Origin: Octopus sinensis
Lineage: Eukaryota
Direction of reading: 5' to 3'
Assembly: GCF_006345805.1 (NCBI RefSeq)
Contig: NC_043001.1
Location: 95,356,001-95,420,000, forward strand
DNA length: 64,000 nucleotides
Below the pieces are notes generated by a model. It was not told where the DNA came from. It ran no database searches and worked only from the letters and a program-made list of their open reading frames with translations. The translations under genes and the position numbers were made by a program. Shown in pieces: positions 51,566 through 63,500 of this stretch (position 1 is the stretch's first letter; the number at the start of each line of letters is the position of its first letter).

Positions 51566-52466
51566 TTTTGTGAATGTAAAGACAAGTAGTTTTCCATTTT
51601 TAAGGGTATTTTCTTTCCTGAGACGCGTTGTGCGGGAAGGTGATTTCGTAATTGTTCAAATTGTCTCTATGATTGACAGGTTGTCTTAAATTCCCTACTT
51701 AGCCGAAACAATCCCATTGAGTTGATATGTATCCTTCAGCGAAAAGAATTGTCAATGAGACAACTCGTGCGAGTTTTAATAATTATTTTAAAACGACCGG
51801 CTTACCCAATATGTATTACACATTATTTTCCAATCACGCAAAATTTAGTGGTTTTATGCTGTTATATTCGTTGCTAAAATGTTATTTCTATGTTTATTTA
51901 TGATAATTATTTAATAATGCTCTTGTTGTTGTTTCAATTGCTGTTGATATTATTTCGACGAAAAACTACATAAACATGACAAAAATTAATTTTATTTATT
52001 TTCAAATTGTTGTTAATGAAGTTACTGTATTTGTTTACTAAATACAGATGACAGAATCAATAATGCATCAAAGAATATGTTTTTCAGTGATGGCTTTTAC
52101 CATCCAAAGTTTCAGTTCAAATTTTAGTTCAATTTTAACTTTCATCAATCTGCGTTCGATAAAATAAATGCTAACATACTAATATTGATCCAATTGATTA
52201 TCATCATTCCTATTAAAGCTAATAGGTTTTGATCAAGAACCAATTATCTTTGTAAATAAAGTAGGAAGCTTGAATTATTATGATAATATATGTTTCCTAA
52301 AACAATTGTTCCAGCAGCATCTGCGAGCATCCACGTAATTGTATTACACATTTTCATGTTGATTTCAGTTCCGAATTCAATCATAATTCGTTCAATAAAT
52401 AAATTATAAAGGTTCACAAGAAAAGCACGATCAACACGACACACGCTATTATGCCTTAATTATCCT

Positions 52467-52962
52467 GTGACCCCCTTCGGTCATGACTGTGGGATTGCAC
52501 CTAGATAGTTACCCTCCGAGGCACAAGTCTGGGCAAGGTTATTTATGGAAGACCAGCAGTCGCCCACGCATACGAGCCTCTCCTCTCCTCTCCACGCCAC
52601 CGATGTTATCCAAGGGAGAGGCAAAATCCGATACAGCTTGGCAACAATGACGTCGCAGCTCATGTATTAACGCGCAAGTGGCTAGCACTTCACAGACACG
52701 TGTACCCTTAACGTAGTTCTCGGGGAGATTCAGTGTGACACAGAGTGTTACAAGGCTGGCTCTTTGGAATATATGTACAACAGAAACAGGAAGAGTGAGT
52801 GAGAGAAAGTTGTGGCGAAAGAGTACAGCAGGGATCACCATCACCCCCTGCCGAAGCCTCGTGGAGCTTTTAGGTGTTTTCGCTCATGCCCGATCTGGGA
52901 ATCAAAACTGCAACCTTACGACCGCGAGTCCGCTGCCCTAACCACTGGACCATTTCGCTTCC
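52467..52962 (-). mobile_element. SINE family C, long form
   Basis: Reverse complement of 44342-44874. Confidence 0.85.
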
Positions 52963-54227
52963 ACTAATTATCATGTACTGCACTTTATTTAATTCTATCA
53001 TTATATGCGAAGTGTTTAAATTTAGCAATATGTCAATGCCAAATTCATTGCTACTCTTCCTTGTATACTTTATTATAAGTCATTGTCTAATGGAAACAGT
53101 TAAACAGTTAAACAGTTATACAATACGAACACCGTATTTGAAATAAGGCACACCGCTAAAACATCCTGAATACATTTCTTTCTTTGTTGGAGAAAGTATC
53201 TATGACATACAGAATACATGTTGCTACAACAAAGGTCAGGACATATCAATACATATCTTTAACATATTCTTTTCAATATGCAAATACAAATGTGAAACAA
53301 ATATTAGTAAGTCACTCCCATTATAAATGACCTTGGGCGAAACAATAATAGCACAAGTATGCGTGTTCTGTATATAGACATCTAATTTGAATAAGAAAAG
53401 CTTAATCAATAGTAGCAATTAAAGTATGGTGCAGAGTGATCAGTAACGATAGAATACCCCACTTAAAACATATGTAGTAATATTTTGTAGTACATATTTA
53501 CTGATATTTTACAGTGACTTTAGAATAAATATATTCGTAACTATGATTAGGATATTTGTGAAATACAATGTTTCCTTGTGTTCTGATGTAAATACAATGT
53601 GTTTGTATTAGTGTTTTTTGCTTGTAAGTCTGTTTACATTTACTCGTATGTATGTACTGTGATAAGATAACTGAAGTAAAAGGAAATAAAATGCTTGCGA
53701 GGTTGTACAGTTGTCGGAGATAGTGATATATAATGATGCAGAAAAAACTAAGAATATATGCTATACATTTTTCATACTTATGTTCTATATGTCAAATCAT
53801 AAGATTATTTGACAATGTATGGACGAGTAGGAAAAAAATATTTTTCGTTAAAAAATCAAAACATATGAATGTTTACCACGAAGTCATTCAAAATATACCT
53901 AACCTACACAATGAGGTTAGAATAAATTTATCCACGAGAAAACATAACGAATAGTAACTCTGTGCATTGGAAAAACATAAGAACGATAGTAACAGTCGTC
54001 AAACTGAATTGTGGACTCTAGCAATATTCACGCAACTCTCAACAATGCACAGTTAAGGCATTATAGTATCAAAGTAAAATGCCATTCATACACATGCACA
54101 AAGAAGTGTAAAACAAACAGAGTAATTCAAATAATCTATATCACTAAACAATATTAGGTTTCAGAATATCGTATGGTCCATTATTCTACACTATTAGAAA
54201 ACCACTTGAGACAGATGCTTTTAATAT

Positions 54228-54333
54228 TCTTATTTCTTTACTGCCCACAAGGGGCTAAACATAGAGGGGACAAGCAAGGACAGACAAAGGGATTATGTCG
54301 ATTACATCGACCCCAGTGCGTAACTGGTACTCT
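54228..54333 (-). mobile_element. SINE family A 3' fragment
   Basis: TTTCTTTACTGCCCACAAGGGGCTAAAC...CGACCCCAGTGCGTAACTGGTAC. Confidence 0.8.
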
Positions 54334-55324
54334 AAACTTGTTTATGTTTCGGGATCTACACCACCATGTGAAGAAATTCCAATGCAACCATGGTGTTCAT
54401 TTCAGTTTTGAGGGTTTACTCAATTTACAAAAGTGATGGGCTTTTCATATCACAAATTATAACTCAGCAAACATCTGTTAAATTCTATTTGCTAAAACAC
54501 TGACGCTGTTTTGCAAGTTAAATGTATACACGCTGTCGTTTACCTACCTATAATTATTTTAGTGAAGTTCGCATCGATGAAGTTTCGATTCGCAAAACGT
54601 TGAGCAGTGTCATGGTTTAATAAAATCGTGATAAGTAACATATCCCCACCATGAATATGACATTTTACATAACTTCACCTCCATTCGTAGTCTCTGTTTA
54701 CCATCGTATTGAATTCATGATAACATAGCTTTGAAGCGCATCGCAGTAATTTAAGTAAACAAGCACAGAAGTACACGACATAATTCACCGTTCAAATTTG
54801 AAATATTACATTGCAAATGACTTCTTTAATTAAATCTCTCATCATTTTCCAGCGAAAACAGAAAACATAAAATATTTAAGAGAAATATTCTAATGGATAT
54901 TCAGCATGCGGGATCTTCCCGCATTCCATCAGAAGTGACATTGTTAAACGGTTAGCTAACGGAATTATCTCAAATTAAATTCCAACAATTCGCACCATTA
55001 TGCCAATCATGGTAATTGCCCACTTGATCTTAATTGGATTGTGAAATTTGTTGAATACTCAGTTAAAGTACAAATGTGTAATATCTACAGCAACAAAACA
55101 TTACCACCGTTTGCTGAGTGAGCACAATTACATTTTTTAGGAGAAGTGATTATAACAGTAAAAACGAATAACACTTGACAAACTGTGTGAGGATAAATGA
55201 AAGAGCGACGTGAAATATCTGTTGAAAAAGAAGCAAAAAGTATATTTATCAGAAGAGAAAATCCATAGAGCGTTTTCTTATCACTGATATTCTTTCTAAA
55301 CTACGTATAGATAAGTTGCGACTC

Positions 55325-55475
55325 GTAACTTGGCGTTTCGGCAAAAGCACCCTATAGAATAAGTACTAGGCATCCAAACAATAAGTCCTGGAGTCGATTT
55401 GCTCGACTAAAGGCGGTGCTCCAGCATGGTCACAGTCAAATGACTGAAACTGGTAAAAGAATAAAAAGAGTAAAG
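55325..55475 (+). mobile_element. SINE family B 3' fragment
   Basis: TTCGGCAAAAG...ATAGAATAAGTACTAGGC...GGTGCTCCAGCATGGTCACAGTCAAATGACTGAAAC. Confidence 0.8.
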
Positions 55476-55852
55476 GGTATATCAGCTAAAAGCCACAAAA
55501 TCGCTTAATACTGCACATATATTTTATATATAGATTCCAGGACCTAGGGCATATTCTTCGTGCGCATTTTAGCGCAATATTTTATCATCCCTGGTCACTG
55601 AAATCTCGGACATGTTTTTCTCATTACGCCCTTACGCAACCTGTGAATTCGTATATACAATATTACAATATGCGGTATGTTATATTCATAAAACTAAATA
55701 TGTAACTACATCAGTCTAATATCCAAAGAATATCGGTCCAGGTTACCCAACTAACGCTCCTCTTTTGAGCAGCTAAGTATAATCTCCTACAGCAATCAAG
55801 AGGCACTATGTGTATACTATATAAATACACTCACACGCACACACACACACAC

Positions 55853-55901
<49 letters not shown>

Positions 55902-56113
55902 ATATGTATATTTTATATATATATATATAATATATATGTATATTTTATATATATATATATATATGTATTACGCAACGAACTCGAACCCACAAGATTAAAC
56001 AAGAGAGAAAGAGCCAGGCAGTAACAAGGTAAGTGCCCCTGTATTTGAATACTATGTAAATATTCTTTCTAAAGCTTGTCTCTTAATTTTTCATGTATAT
56101 ATTCGTATATGTT

Positions 56114-56190
<77 letters not shown>

Positions 56191-56225
56191 TATATATATA
56201 TATATATATGTGTGTGTGTGATCTT

Positions 56226-56431
56226 GTGAGTACCGTTGGCGATTTTCTTTTCCTCTGTATTCCCTTCTCGAGATCTTTCCTTCTCCTATGTTTCCGACGA
56301 AGAGCTCCGCTCGAAACGTTAAATCCTCCTTCTTCCCTTCTTTCCTGAGCGTCCAATAATACTTTATTTGTTCCACGTCCTTGCGTTGTTGTGTTTTTTT
56401 TGTTTTTTGTGTTTCCTTGTTTGGATTAACT
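56226..56431 (+). mobile_element. Short Penelope-type element, family 1
   Basis: Collinear with 19982-20178; microsatellite flanks. Confidence 0.8.
56290..56324 (+). ncRNA. Minimal type I hammerhead motif (best-preserved copy)
   Basis: GTTT CCGACGA A GAGC TCC GCTC GAAAC GT T AAAT: U4>C is the only core change. Confidence 0.6.
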
Positions 56432-56447
56432 TTATATATATATATAT

Positions 56448-56744
56448 GGAGGCGCAATGGCCCTGGGGTTAGGGCAGCGGACTCGTGGTCGTAGGATCGC
56501 GGTTTTGATTCCCAGACCGGGCGTTGTGAGTGTTTATTGAGCGAAAACACCTAAAAGCTCCACGAGGCTCCGGCAGGGGGTGGTGATCCCTGCTGCACTA
56601 TTTCACCACTCTTTCTACCACTCTACCTTCTGTTGGCCTTCTCGCTTAGCCAGCGGAGTGACGTCATTCGAAGGCTAAAACAATGCGAACGCATTGTGAC
56701 CAGCGATGTGTAACAACATCTGATGGTCTGGTCGGTCACGTGAT
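56448..56744 (+). mobile_element. SINE with family C head and a different 3' tail
   Basis: Head and centre as at 44342; tail GGCTAAAACAATGCGAACGCATTGTGACCAGCGATGTG...GGTCGGTCACGTGAT, then (TA)n. Confidence 0.8.
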
Positions 56745-56746
56745 AT

Positions 56747-56828
<82 letters not shown>

Positions 56829-57867
56829 TATGAGGATTGTGTGTGGTTAATTAAGGGGCAAATAGAAAGCGGTAATCTTTGTCAAGAGCCTAAAGAATTT
56901 AAGAATTCAGAGACCCGAAAAGCAACGATATTCAACTAATGCTTTGATCTTATAAAATCAAAACTAGATTATTCAAGAAATATTAATTTAAACGAGGAAG
57001 TATTTCAAAAATCACCAGCTGCTGGCAATCATTTGCTGAAAAACAGCTGTCCGAAAATGCAATCATCGTCTTCGAAAATTATATGATGCAGAGTCTGTTG
57101 CTGAAGTTTACTACGTTTGTGTCATCACTTCCTCTTAAGGAAGTTATTTAATCTAAATGTCCATTCTTACAAACGTATTGCATTTAACTGTTCTGAATCA
57201 GAAACGTATTACATTATACAACACATATTTCATGGAAAGCATATCTATAAATTGCATGTAATATATAGTCAGAAGACTGAAAATAATTATTTCTGCTCTA
57301 GGTACAAGGCCTTGAAAATCTGGGGTGATGGGTGCTAGTCGATAACACCGAACCCAATACACAACTGGCACTTTTTTCATCGACTCCGAAACGATGAAAT
57401 GCAAAGTTGACGTCTGTATCGCATTAGGTCCTATTGCATTTACATAAATTGTATATAGTTTTATACATATTTCTATAATTTATCAAGATTTAACAATTTT
57501 ACAACAAACGCCATACAGAGATATTTTTATGTATAAACAGCTAAATCACTCGTCTCTTTCGCAACATAGGCACACATATATTGTCGCTATCTGTGACAAT
57601 TCATGGCAAACGAAAAGACGTTATGACCTGGAGAATGTAATGCTATTTTAATCAGGACAATAATAATGGACGTATAGGTTTAAATATAAAGTAATAGATA
57701 ATCCCTATAGAATTAATCAGCATTATAATAGACCCCAAAATACACTAATAGACTGTATGCAAAAGAAACAGAGTTCAAACACTATATTCCTTTTTTCGCA
57801 TTTATTTACTTACTCATGTTGATATATTTAAAATTTGATAGAGGAAAAAGGATACATCATTAACAAC

Positions 57868-58072
57868 GACGAGCTGGCAGAATAGTTAGCACGTCAGGAG
57901 AAATGCTTAGAGGCATTTGGTCTGCCTCGGTCTGTAAGTTCAAAGTCCGCTGAGGTCGACCTTACCTTTCATCAATTCAGGGTCGATAAATTAAGTACAA
58001 GTTTGGTACCGGGGTCGATGTGATCGACTGTCATCCTCCTACAACATCCAGGCCATTTGTTTATAGCAGAAA
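57868..58072 (+). mobile_element. SINE-A-related copy ending in an (ATT)n tail
   Basis: GACGAGCTGGCAGAATAGTTAGCACG...GGTCGACCTTACCTTTCATC...GGTCGATAAATTAAGTAC, followed by the TAT tract 58072-58170. Confidence 0.8.
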
Positions 58073-58107
58073 TTATCATTATTATCATTATTATTATTAG
58101 TAGTATT

Positions 58108-58151
<44 letters not shown>

Positions 58152-58170
58152 CATCATTATTATTATTATT

Positions 58171-59957
58171 CTATGTTTGACTTTTGCTTTATGTCTGTAC
58201 AAGTTGGCTCCAAGTCTCACCCAGAGACCTCAAGAGACAACAGGTTGGAAGTTCACGTTGCTGTTATGCCTAGTGTGCCATATATTTGGTTTTTCTTGGT
58301 GTTGTACTAGTGAATGTCTAATACATAAATTTAAAAAAAGTTTGTTTTAAACCTTGGGATTACATAGAGAGTATTTTGCGTAGGATATGAGCAGTTTCCA
58401 TGAGCACTATCTTTTGAATTTCTGCCATTTTGGGGTTTCCTGGTATCTGCGATAGGTAGCAATCATCCCCTTTCGCTATCATTCCCAGGGCACCTATGAC
58501 AACAGGTATTGTTTTAGTCTTCAGGTTCCACATTTTGCTGATTTCTATTTCAAGATCTTTATATTTGCTCAGTTTTTGGTAGGTCTTGACAGATACGTTT
58601 ATATCGATTGGGACAGTCATATCAATGAGGAGGCGTGTTCTTTTTCTGAAGTCTTTTAATATGATGTCTGGCCTATTTGCATCTATCTTTCTGTCAGTTT
58701 GATTGGTGAAGTTCCGGAGGTGTGAGATGTAGTAGTTTTCAAGCACTGGAGGTGGATTGTGTTCGCACCAGTTTTTTTCATGGGGCAAATCCAGGTTTTT
58801 GCAAATTACCCAGTGAATATATTGTGCAGCTCTATCATGCCTGTTGAGGTATTCTGTAGGCGCTAGAAGACTGCATTTGGAGACAACATGATCAATGGTT
58901 TCATTTTGTTGTCGGCATACACGACATGTTGGGCTACTGCCGTTCTTTAATATGTTGGCCTGGTAGTTTCTTGTTGGTAGGCATTGATCTTGAGCTGCTA
59001 TGATAAACCCTTCTGTTTCAGATTTTAAGTCAGAGGCCATTAACCATTGATGGGTCAGGGCTTTGTCAATATCTGCATTATTCGCTCTCTTTGGGTATTT
59101 GCCATAGAGAGGTTTTTCTTGCCATTTATTATTCAGAATATCTAAGGCCGCAGATTTGGCACGGATTTTCATGCGCCTAGCTTTTTCTGTGCTTGTTTCT
59201 TGTATGTTTATCTCTAATCCTGAAATTTGTTGTATTCGGAATTCACTTAGATATTCCTTTGCCTGTTTTGTTACTGAGTATGATGCTTTCTTGTTTTCAT
59301 GTTTTGAGACAAGTTTTAACATCCAGTCCTCAGAGTTTTTCAGGTAGGTGTCTAGGCCAATTGTAGCAATCTTCATTGTTATTGCCAGTTGCAAAAGACC
59401 ACGGCCTCCCTCTTTTCTTGGCAGATAAGGTCGTTCTGTATCTGCCTTAGGATGGTGCATTCTATGCATTGTCAATAGTTTTCGTATTTTTCTGTCGAGC
59501 TGACATATTTCAGTAATTGACCAGTTAACGATATTGAACCTGTAAGTCACGACTGGTATGGCTAATGCATTGATCGCTTCGATCCTGTTTCTTGCATTCA
59601 GCTCTGTCTTGAGTATTGCTCTCACTCTTCGATAACATTCTCTCCTGATCCTTTCCTTCATCTCTGAATGCCTTACTCCGTTCCCTTCAATTACCCCTAG
59701 GTACTTGTAGCTCTCCGCTGCGTCTAGTTCTTTTATGACATTCTGCTGGTCAAGGTTAACGTTAGATGTTTCTGTCATTTTTCCTTTGATAAAGGTAGCT
59801 TTTGCACATTTATCGAGGCCGAATTGCATTCTGATGTCGTCACTGAATTGTTTGACTATCGCTAGTAAGCCCTTGAGTTGTTGCTCATTTTTTGCAAAAA
59901 GCTTTAAATCATCCATGTAAATGAGATGATTTATATTTTTATCAAAAATGTTATACC
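58171..59957 (-). mobile_element. Young 5'-truncated R4/Dong element, including ~190 bp 3' UTR abutting (TAA)n
   Basis: ORF above; the 3' UTR 58359->58171 runs directly into an (AAT)n tract on the minus strand. Confidence 0.88.
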
Positions 59958-59964
59958 AGCACAT
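58360..59964 (-). CDS. R4/Dong-clade non-LTR retrotransposon ORF, 5'-truncated (RT C-terminal half + CCHC + restriction-like endonuclease), open for 534 codons
   Basis: INHLIYMDDLKLF; YKYLG; YLPRKEGGRG; ETEGFIIAAQDQ; CRVC-x6-DHVVSKC; RHD; NRPDI-x9-LIDMTVP; KLSKYKDL. The first residues (MCW) come from flanking sequence at the truncation junction (~59957). Confidence 0.92.
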   Translation of the reverse strand: MCWYNIFDKNINHLIYMDDLKLFAKNEQQLKGLLAIVKQFSDDIRMQFGLDKCAKATFIKGKMTETSNVNLDQQNVIKELDAAESYKYLGVIEGNGVRHSEMKERIRRECYRRVRAILKTELNARNRIEAINALAIPVVTYRFNIVNWSITEICQLDRKIRKLLTMHRMHHPKADTERPYLPRKEGGRGLLQLAITMKIATIGLDTYLKNSEDWMLKLVSKHENKKASYSVTKQAKEYLSEFRIQQISGLEINIQETSTEKARRMKIRAKSAALDILNNKWQEKPLYGKYPKRANNADIDKALTHQWLMASDLKSETEGFIIAAQDQCLPTRNYQANILKNGSSPTCRVCRQQNETIDHVVSKCSLLAPTEYLNRHDRAAQYIHWVICKNLDLPHEKNWCEHNPPPVLENYYISHLRNFTNQTDRKIDANRPDIILKDFRKRTRLLIDMTVPIDINVSVKTYQKLSKYKDLEIEISKMWNLKTKTIPVVIGALGMIAKGDDCYLSQIPGNPKMAEIQKIVLMETAHILRKILSM

Positions 59965-60452
59965 GACCTTGCAGGTGAAGCTCAGTTAGAATTTTCTTCT
60001 GGTGACCCCTTCTAGCGTTTGCTCATACCACGTCTTTGCACATTGTAGACCGTGATTTCTACAGGGTTCCCAAAAGATCTCTCCTCACACAATGTCATAG
60101 CGTCTCTTGAATTCGCGCCGTGCCATATGGTAAGGCACATTGTTGGTGAATATTAGGCATTTGCTAACAATGTGCCATACCTTTTCACGCCTCTCACCAC
60201 ACATAATGCATTTTCGCTATCAAAAGGGCTGTCTATTCTGCACTGCATAAAGCTGGTCTTTAACTCTTGTTCCTGAACTACACTTATGAGTGCTTCTATC
60301 TCTATTTTCAGGTCACTGGTACCAGTCTTCTGTTCACATCTCTTACAAACTGACCGTCTATTTTGCTCTCTTTCCATGCTTTTTCTGTTTTTGTTCATTT
60401 CTTGTTTAAATTTTTCTTTGGTTACACAATGTTCAGTTTGATGAAGCCGATC
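59958..60452 (-). pseudogene. Older fragment of a second R4/Dong family (CCHC/RLE region)
   Basis: Frameshifted DLKIEIEALISVVQEQELKT...CIMCGE..VWHIVSKC...EFKRRYDIV...NHGLQCAKTWYEQTLEGV, paralleling ETEGFI..QDQ..CRVC..HVVSKC..RHD..W.EH.P in the adjacent ORF. Confidence 0.75.
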
Positions 60453-60502
<50 letters not shown>

Positions 60503-60570
60503 GAGTGAGAGAGCAGTGCATGCCATCAAAGTGTCACAGGGGTAAAATATACGAAGCCCAGTATACCCAT
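60503..60570 (-). mobile_element. Probable extreme 3' end of another (TAA)-tailed retroelement
   Basis: Minus strand ...GGCATGCACTGCTCTCTCACTC runs into (AAT)n at 60453-60502. The family assignment rests on recall of a common octopus repeat. Confidence 0.45.
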
Positions 60571-63500
60571 GTAAAACCTGTAAAACATGGTTCACCCGCG
60601 CGGTGAGAGCCTTCAGCAAAGATACAACAAAGCGCAACACGACTTACGTCAACAGGAAAAAAAGATGACACAACACTATCAAAAATACCACACCGACTGT
60701 AATTCTTTATTTTGCACTACGGCCATAACATAGAGGAGGCAGCAGAAGGACAGATAGAACACCACAGTGGGGACAAAAACTTAAAACAAATGAAAAGTGG
60801 AAAATATAAAAAATAACAAAATTAATGATGATGAAATGGTTGCATTGAGCCCCACTCTCAGGCAGTACCATTTAACAATTAAATTATACAATTTAACAAA
60901 TCTTTCTTACGCTCTTTTCTTTCTTTTAGCATCGTTTATTTTTTATTTTTGAAAGACTATTTTTTCTCATATTTTGAAGAAAAACTTTTACTTACTATAC
61001 TCTTTTTAACAGTTCTTTAAGGATTTCAAATCTTCAAACTTCAAAACCGGTCGTAATTCGTCGAATTCAATTTCTAACCCTCACGGGTCTATACTACTTC
61101 CTAGCAGTTCATTCAGTTTCTCATATTTTCTGAATATTTCTCTGGTGGTAACCTAATTCGTATTATCCCTTTAAACTTCGTGATCTTCCGCTCGATTGCC
61201 GTACATTTGGCGTATGTAACCATATGACACTTGTTTTTTTCTTCTCTTTTTAACATTCTTTTGCTTCAGCGATGGGCCTGGGCCGTCCAAGGGAGTCGTT
61301 CCATTTCGTGCCTCTCTTGGTTCACAAAAATAGTTCTCAATATTTAAATCTTCCACATTGTGCCGTAATGATGCTTCCGCTTCCACTCTACCTTCCATTG
61401 TTGATTCTGCTGGTGTCTGGAACCTCTTCCGTTTCTCCTCCATCTCAATCTCCTTCATCCCCTACTGGCTCTCTGGTGGAGAGCTCACCCGTTCTTTCCT
61501 TTTCCACCTATTCACGACCGGGAATGGCTCCTCCACTCTATCTTTCTCCCCTTCCGGCACCACCACTTCGGTACTCTGTTCTTCACTCTGTTATTTCTGC
61601 TCCTTCTCTTTATTATTTTCTTTCTGGGGGCACCTTGCTTTCAAGTGCCCTTTTTGACCACATAAGAAACATGTTGGTGGTCTTACTTCCGCCACCACTC
61701 TTAATTTGACGTTTTCTGGGAGAATGACCTCCTTTGTGATCTCGTATAAATTTTTTAGGCTTACCGTGCATGGACATCTCGAAGCCATACCCCCGATAAT
61801 TAACATTTTTGGTTCTCGTAATCTTTAAGATTTTCACTTCATCCTCCGTTCTGTACATGACTGCTGTCACCAGCCATGCTTTCTTAATTTCGGCGAGTAA
61901 GCTGCTAATTCTTACTATGGTGACGCGCTTGCCACATTAAGTCGGCAGATGTACGCTTTCCGGTGACATTATCGGCAAAGTGGAGAGATTTTTCGCATCC
62001 TTTTCGTTGCCAAACCTTACTTCCACTGTGTCGTACTTCCTTTCACGCGTATGAAATGTGGTAAATCTCTTTACGTTCTCGAGGCACTCCTCTATTGCTT
62101 CTATTGGGGCAACTTCTATCTTTTTAGAGGACGTGGATAGCTTTATGTACACCACTGTCCTCTTCGCCACATGGCTAGTCTGTTCTTCCGTTGGAGTCAG
62201 CCTCAAACTGGCTCCTTCTGTTTCTAGTAATTGACTGCCCCCCTCCACTTTCTTGTCTTTGTCTGAAATTCTCGTTATTCCAGGGTGTTGTTAGATACTC
62301 CTTTAATCGCGACTGATGCATAACTGCCAGCTGGTTCACGTTCCATCTCTCCTTTCTTTACCACTTCACCTATAGTTGGGGAAGAAATCAAATATGAAAA
62401 CAGCCAAAAACAGCAACAATAGTTCAAGCTTCAACAAATTTAACAGATCCAAGTTCCACCCACACAGGGGAGACCTTCGGGGAGTATAAGAATCAAACGG
62501 CTTACTCCGTAATCACAAGTGATTTAACCAAAAATATTACTAACGCAAAAAAAAAAAATTCCTCGAGGACTGACCCTCCTTGCTGTGCCTGTCCACTATT
62601 CATCAGTAGTGGACCAGCACACTTCTCACTTGGAGATGTCCGCTACAGCACCTCCCATTTTCGAGTTTTATTTTTCTTCTTTCATACAATATTATTTGTT
62701 TTTATTTCTTTTTCTTCCTCACACAGAATTATTATATTTTCAACTATGTATTACAACAATCTATTTACAATCGAAATTTTGTTTCCATATTCTATTTATT
62801 TTTCTTCCACATACAGAATTATTTTTTTCAACTATGTATTAAAACAAAATCTCTTTTCTTTTCAATAGAAATTTCTTTTCAAATATTTATTATTTTTTCA
62901 CACAGCATTATTTTACTCCTCAGAATGCCACAGGCAGTACAAGTCTACATTGTTTACCGGTAGAGCTATTAACACAGCGACCTGATTCAAATCCTTCACA
63001 CGGACTTATTATTAGTATTTCTTTCTTCCATACAGAATTATATCTTTCTCTTCAGATTGCCGCAGGTAGTACCAGTCTACATTGTTGGTCGGTAGCGCTA
63101 CTAACACAAAGCGACCTGACTGAAATCCTATATTAGTTTTCCCTGTGTTTACTTCAGTTCTGTGTTAGAGTTCCAGTTTTATCAGATATGTTTTTCTTCA
63201 AAAAGCTTTTTGCAATAGAATTTATATGTTTTTCACTCTATATAAATCATTTTTTAATGTATATTTTTCAGATCTATGTTAGTTCAAATCCTACTTTTGG
63301 ATTTTTAATATATTTCACTGATTGTGGTTGTCGTGTCCGTCTGTGTAGTGTGTTGTTCATTTTGATACTCCTACAAGCATTCGTAATCACGTTACCACTT
63401 TTACGACGACGCCGTTATACTGTCGGTTTTTCCTGATATGTCCCGCTTTATGCCGTCGTAAATTCGTCGTCTGAGTTACTGGCCCGTACGGCATAAGACG

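Noticed and set aside
55970-56036. Plus-strand exon ending in AAG/GTAAGT
   Set aside because: The upstream sequence is a TA tract with no acceptor, and no linked exons were found.
62590-62615. CTGATGA (minus strand) as a hammerhead core or C/D snoRNA box
   Set aside because: It sits in a closed 8 nt hairpin loop with no stem II or GAAA, and the sister copy reads CTGATAA.
62570-62660. HDV-like ribozyme
   Set aside because: By eye the order P1-P2-P3-L3-P1'-P4 could not be assembled; there is no room for P3/L3 before the P1 complement.
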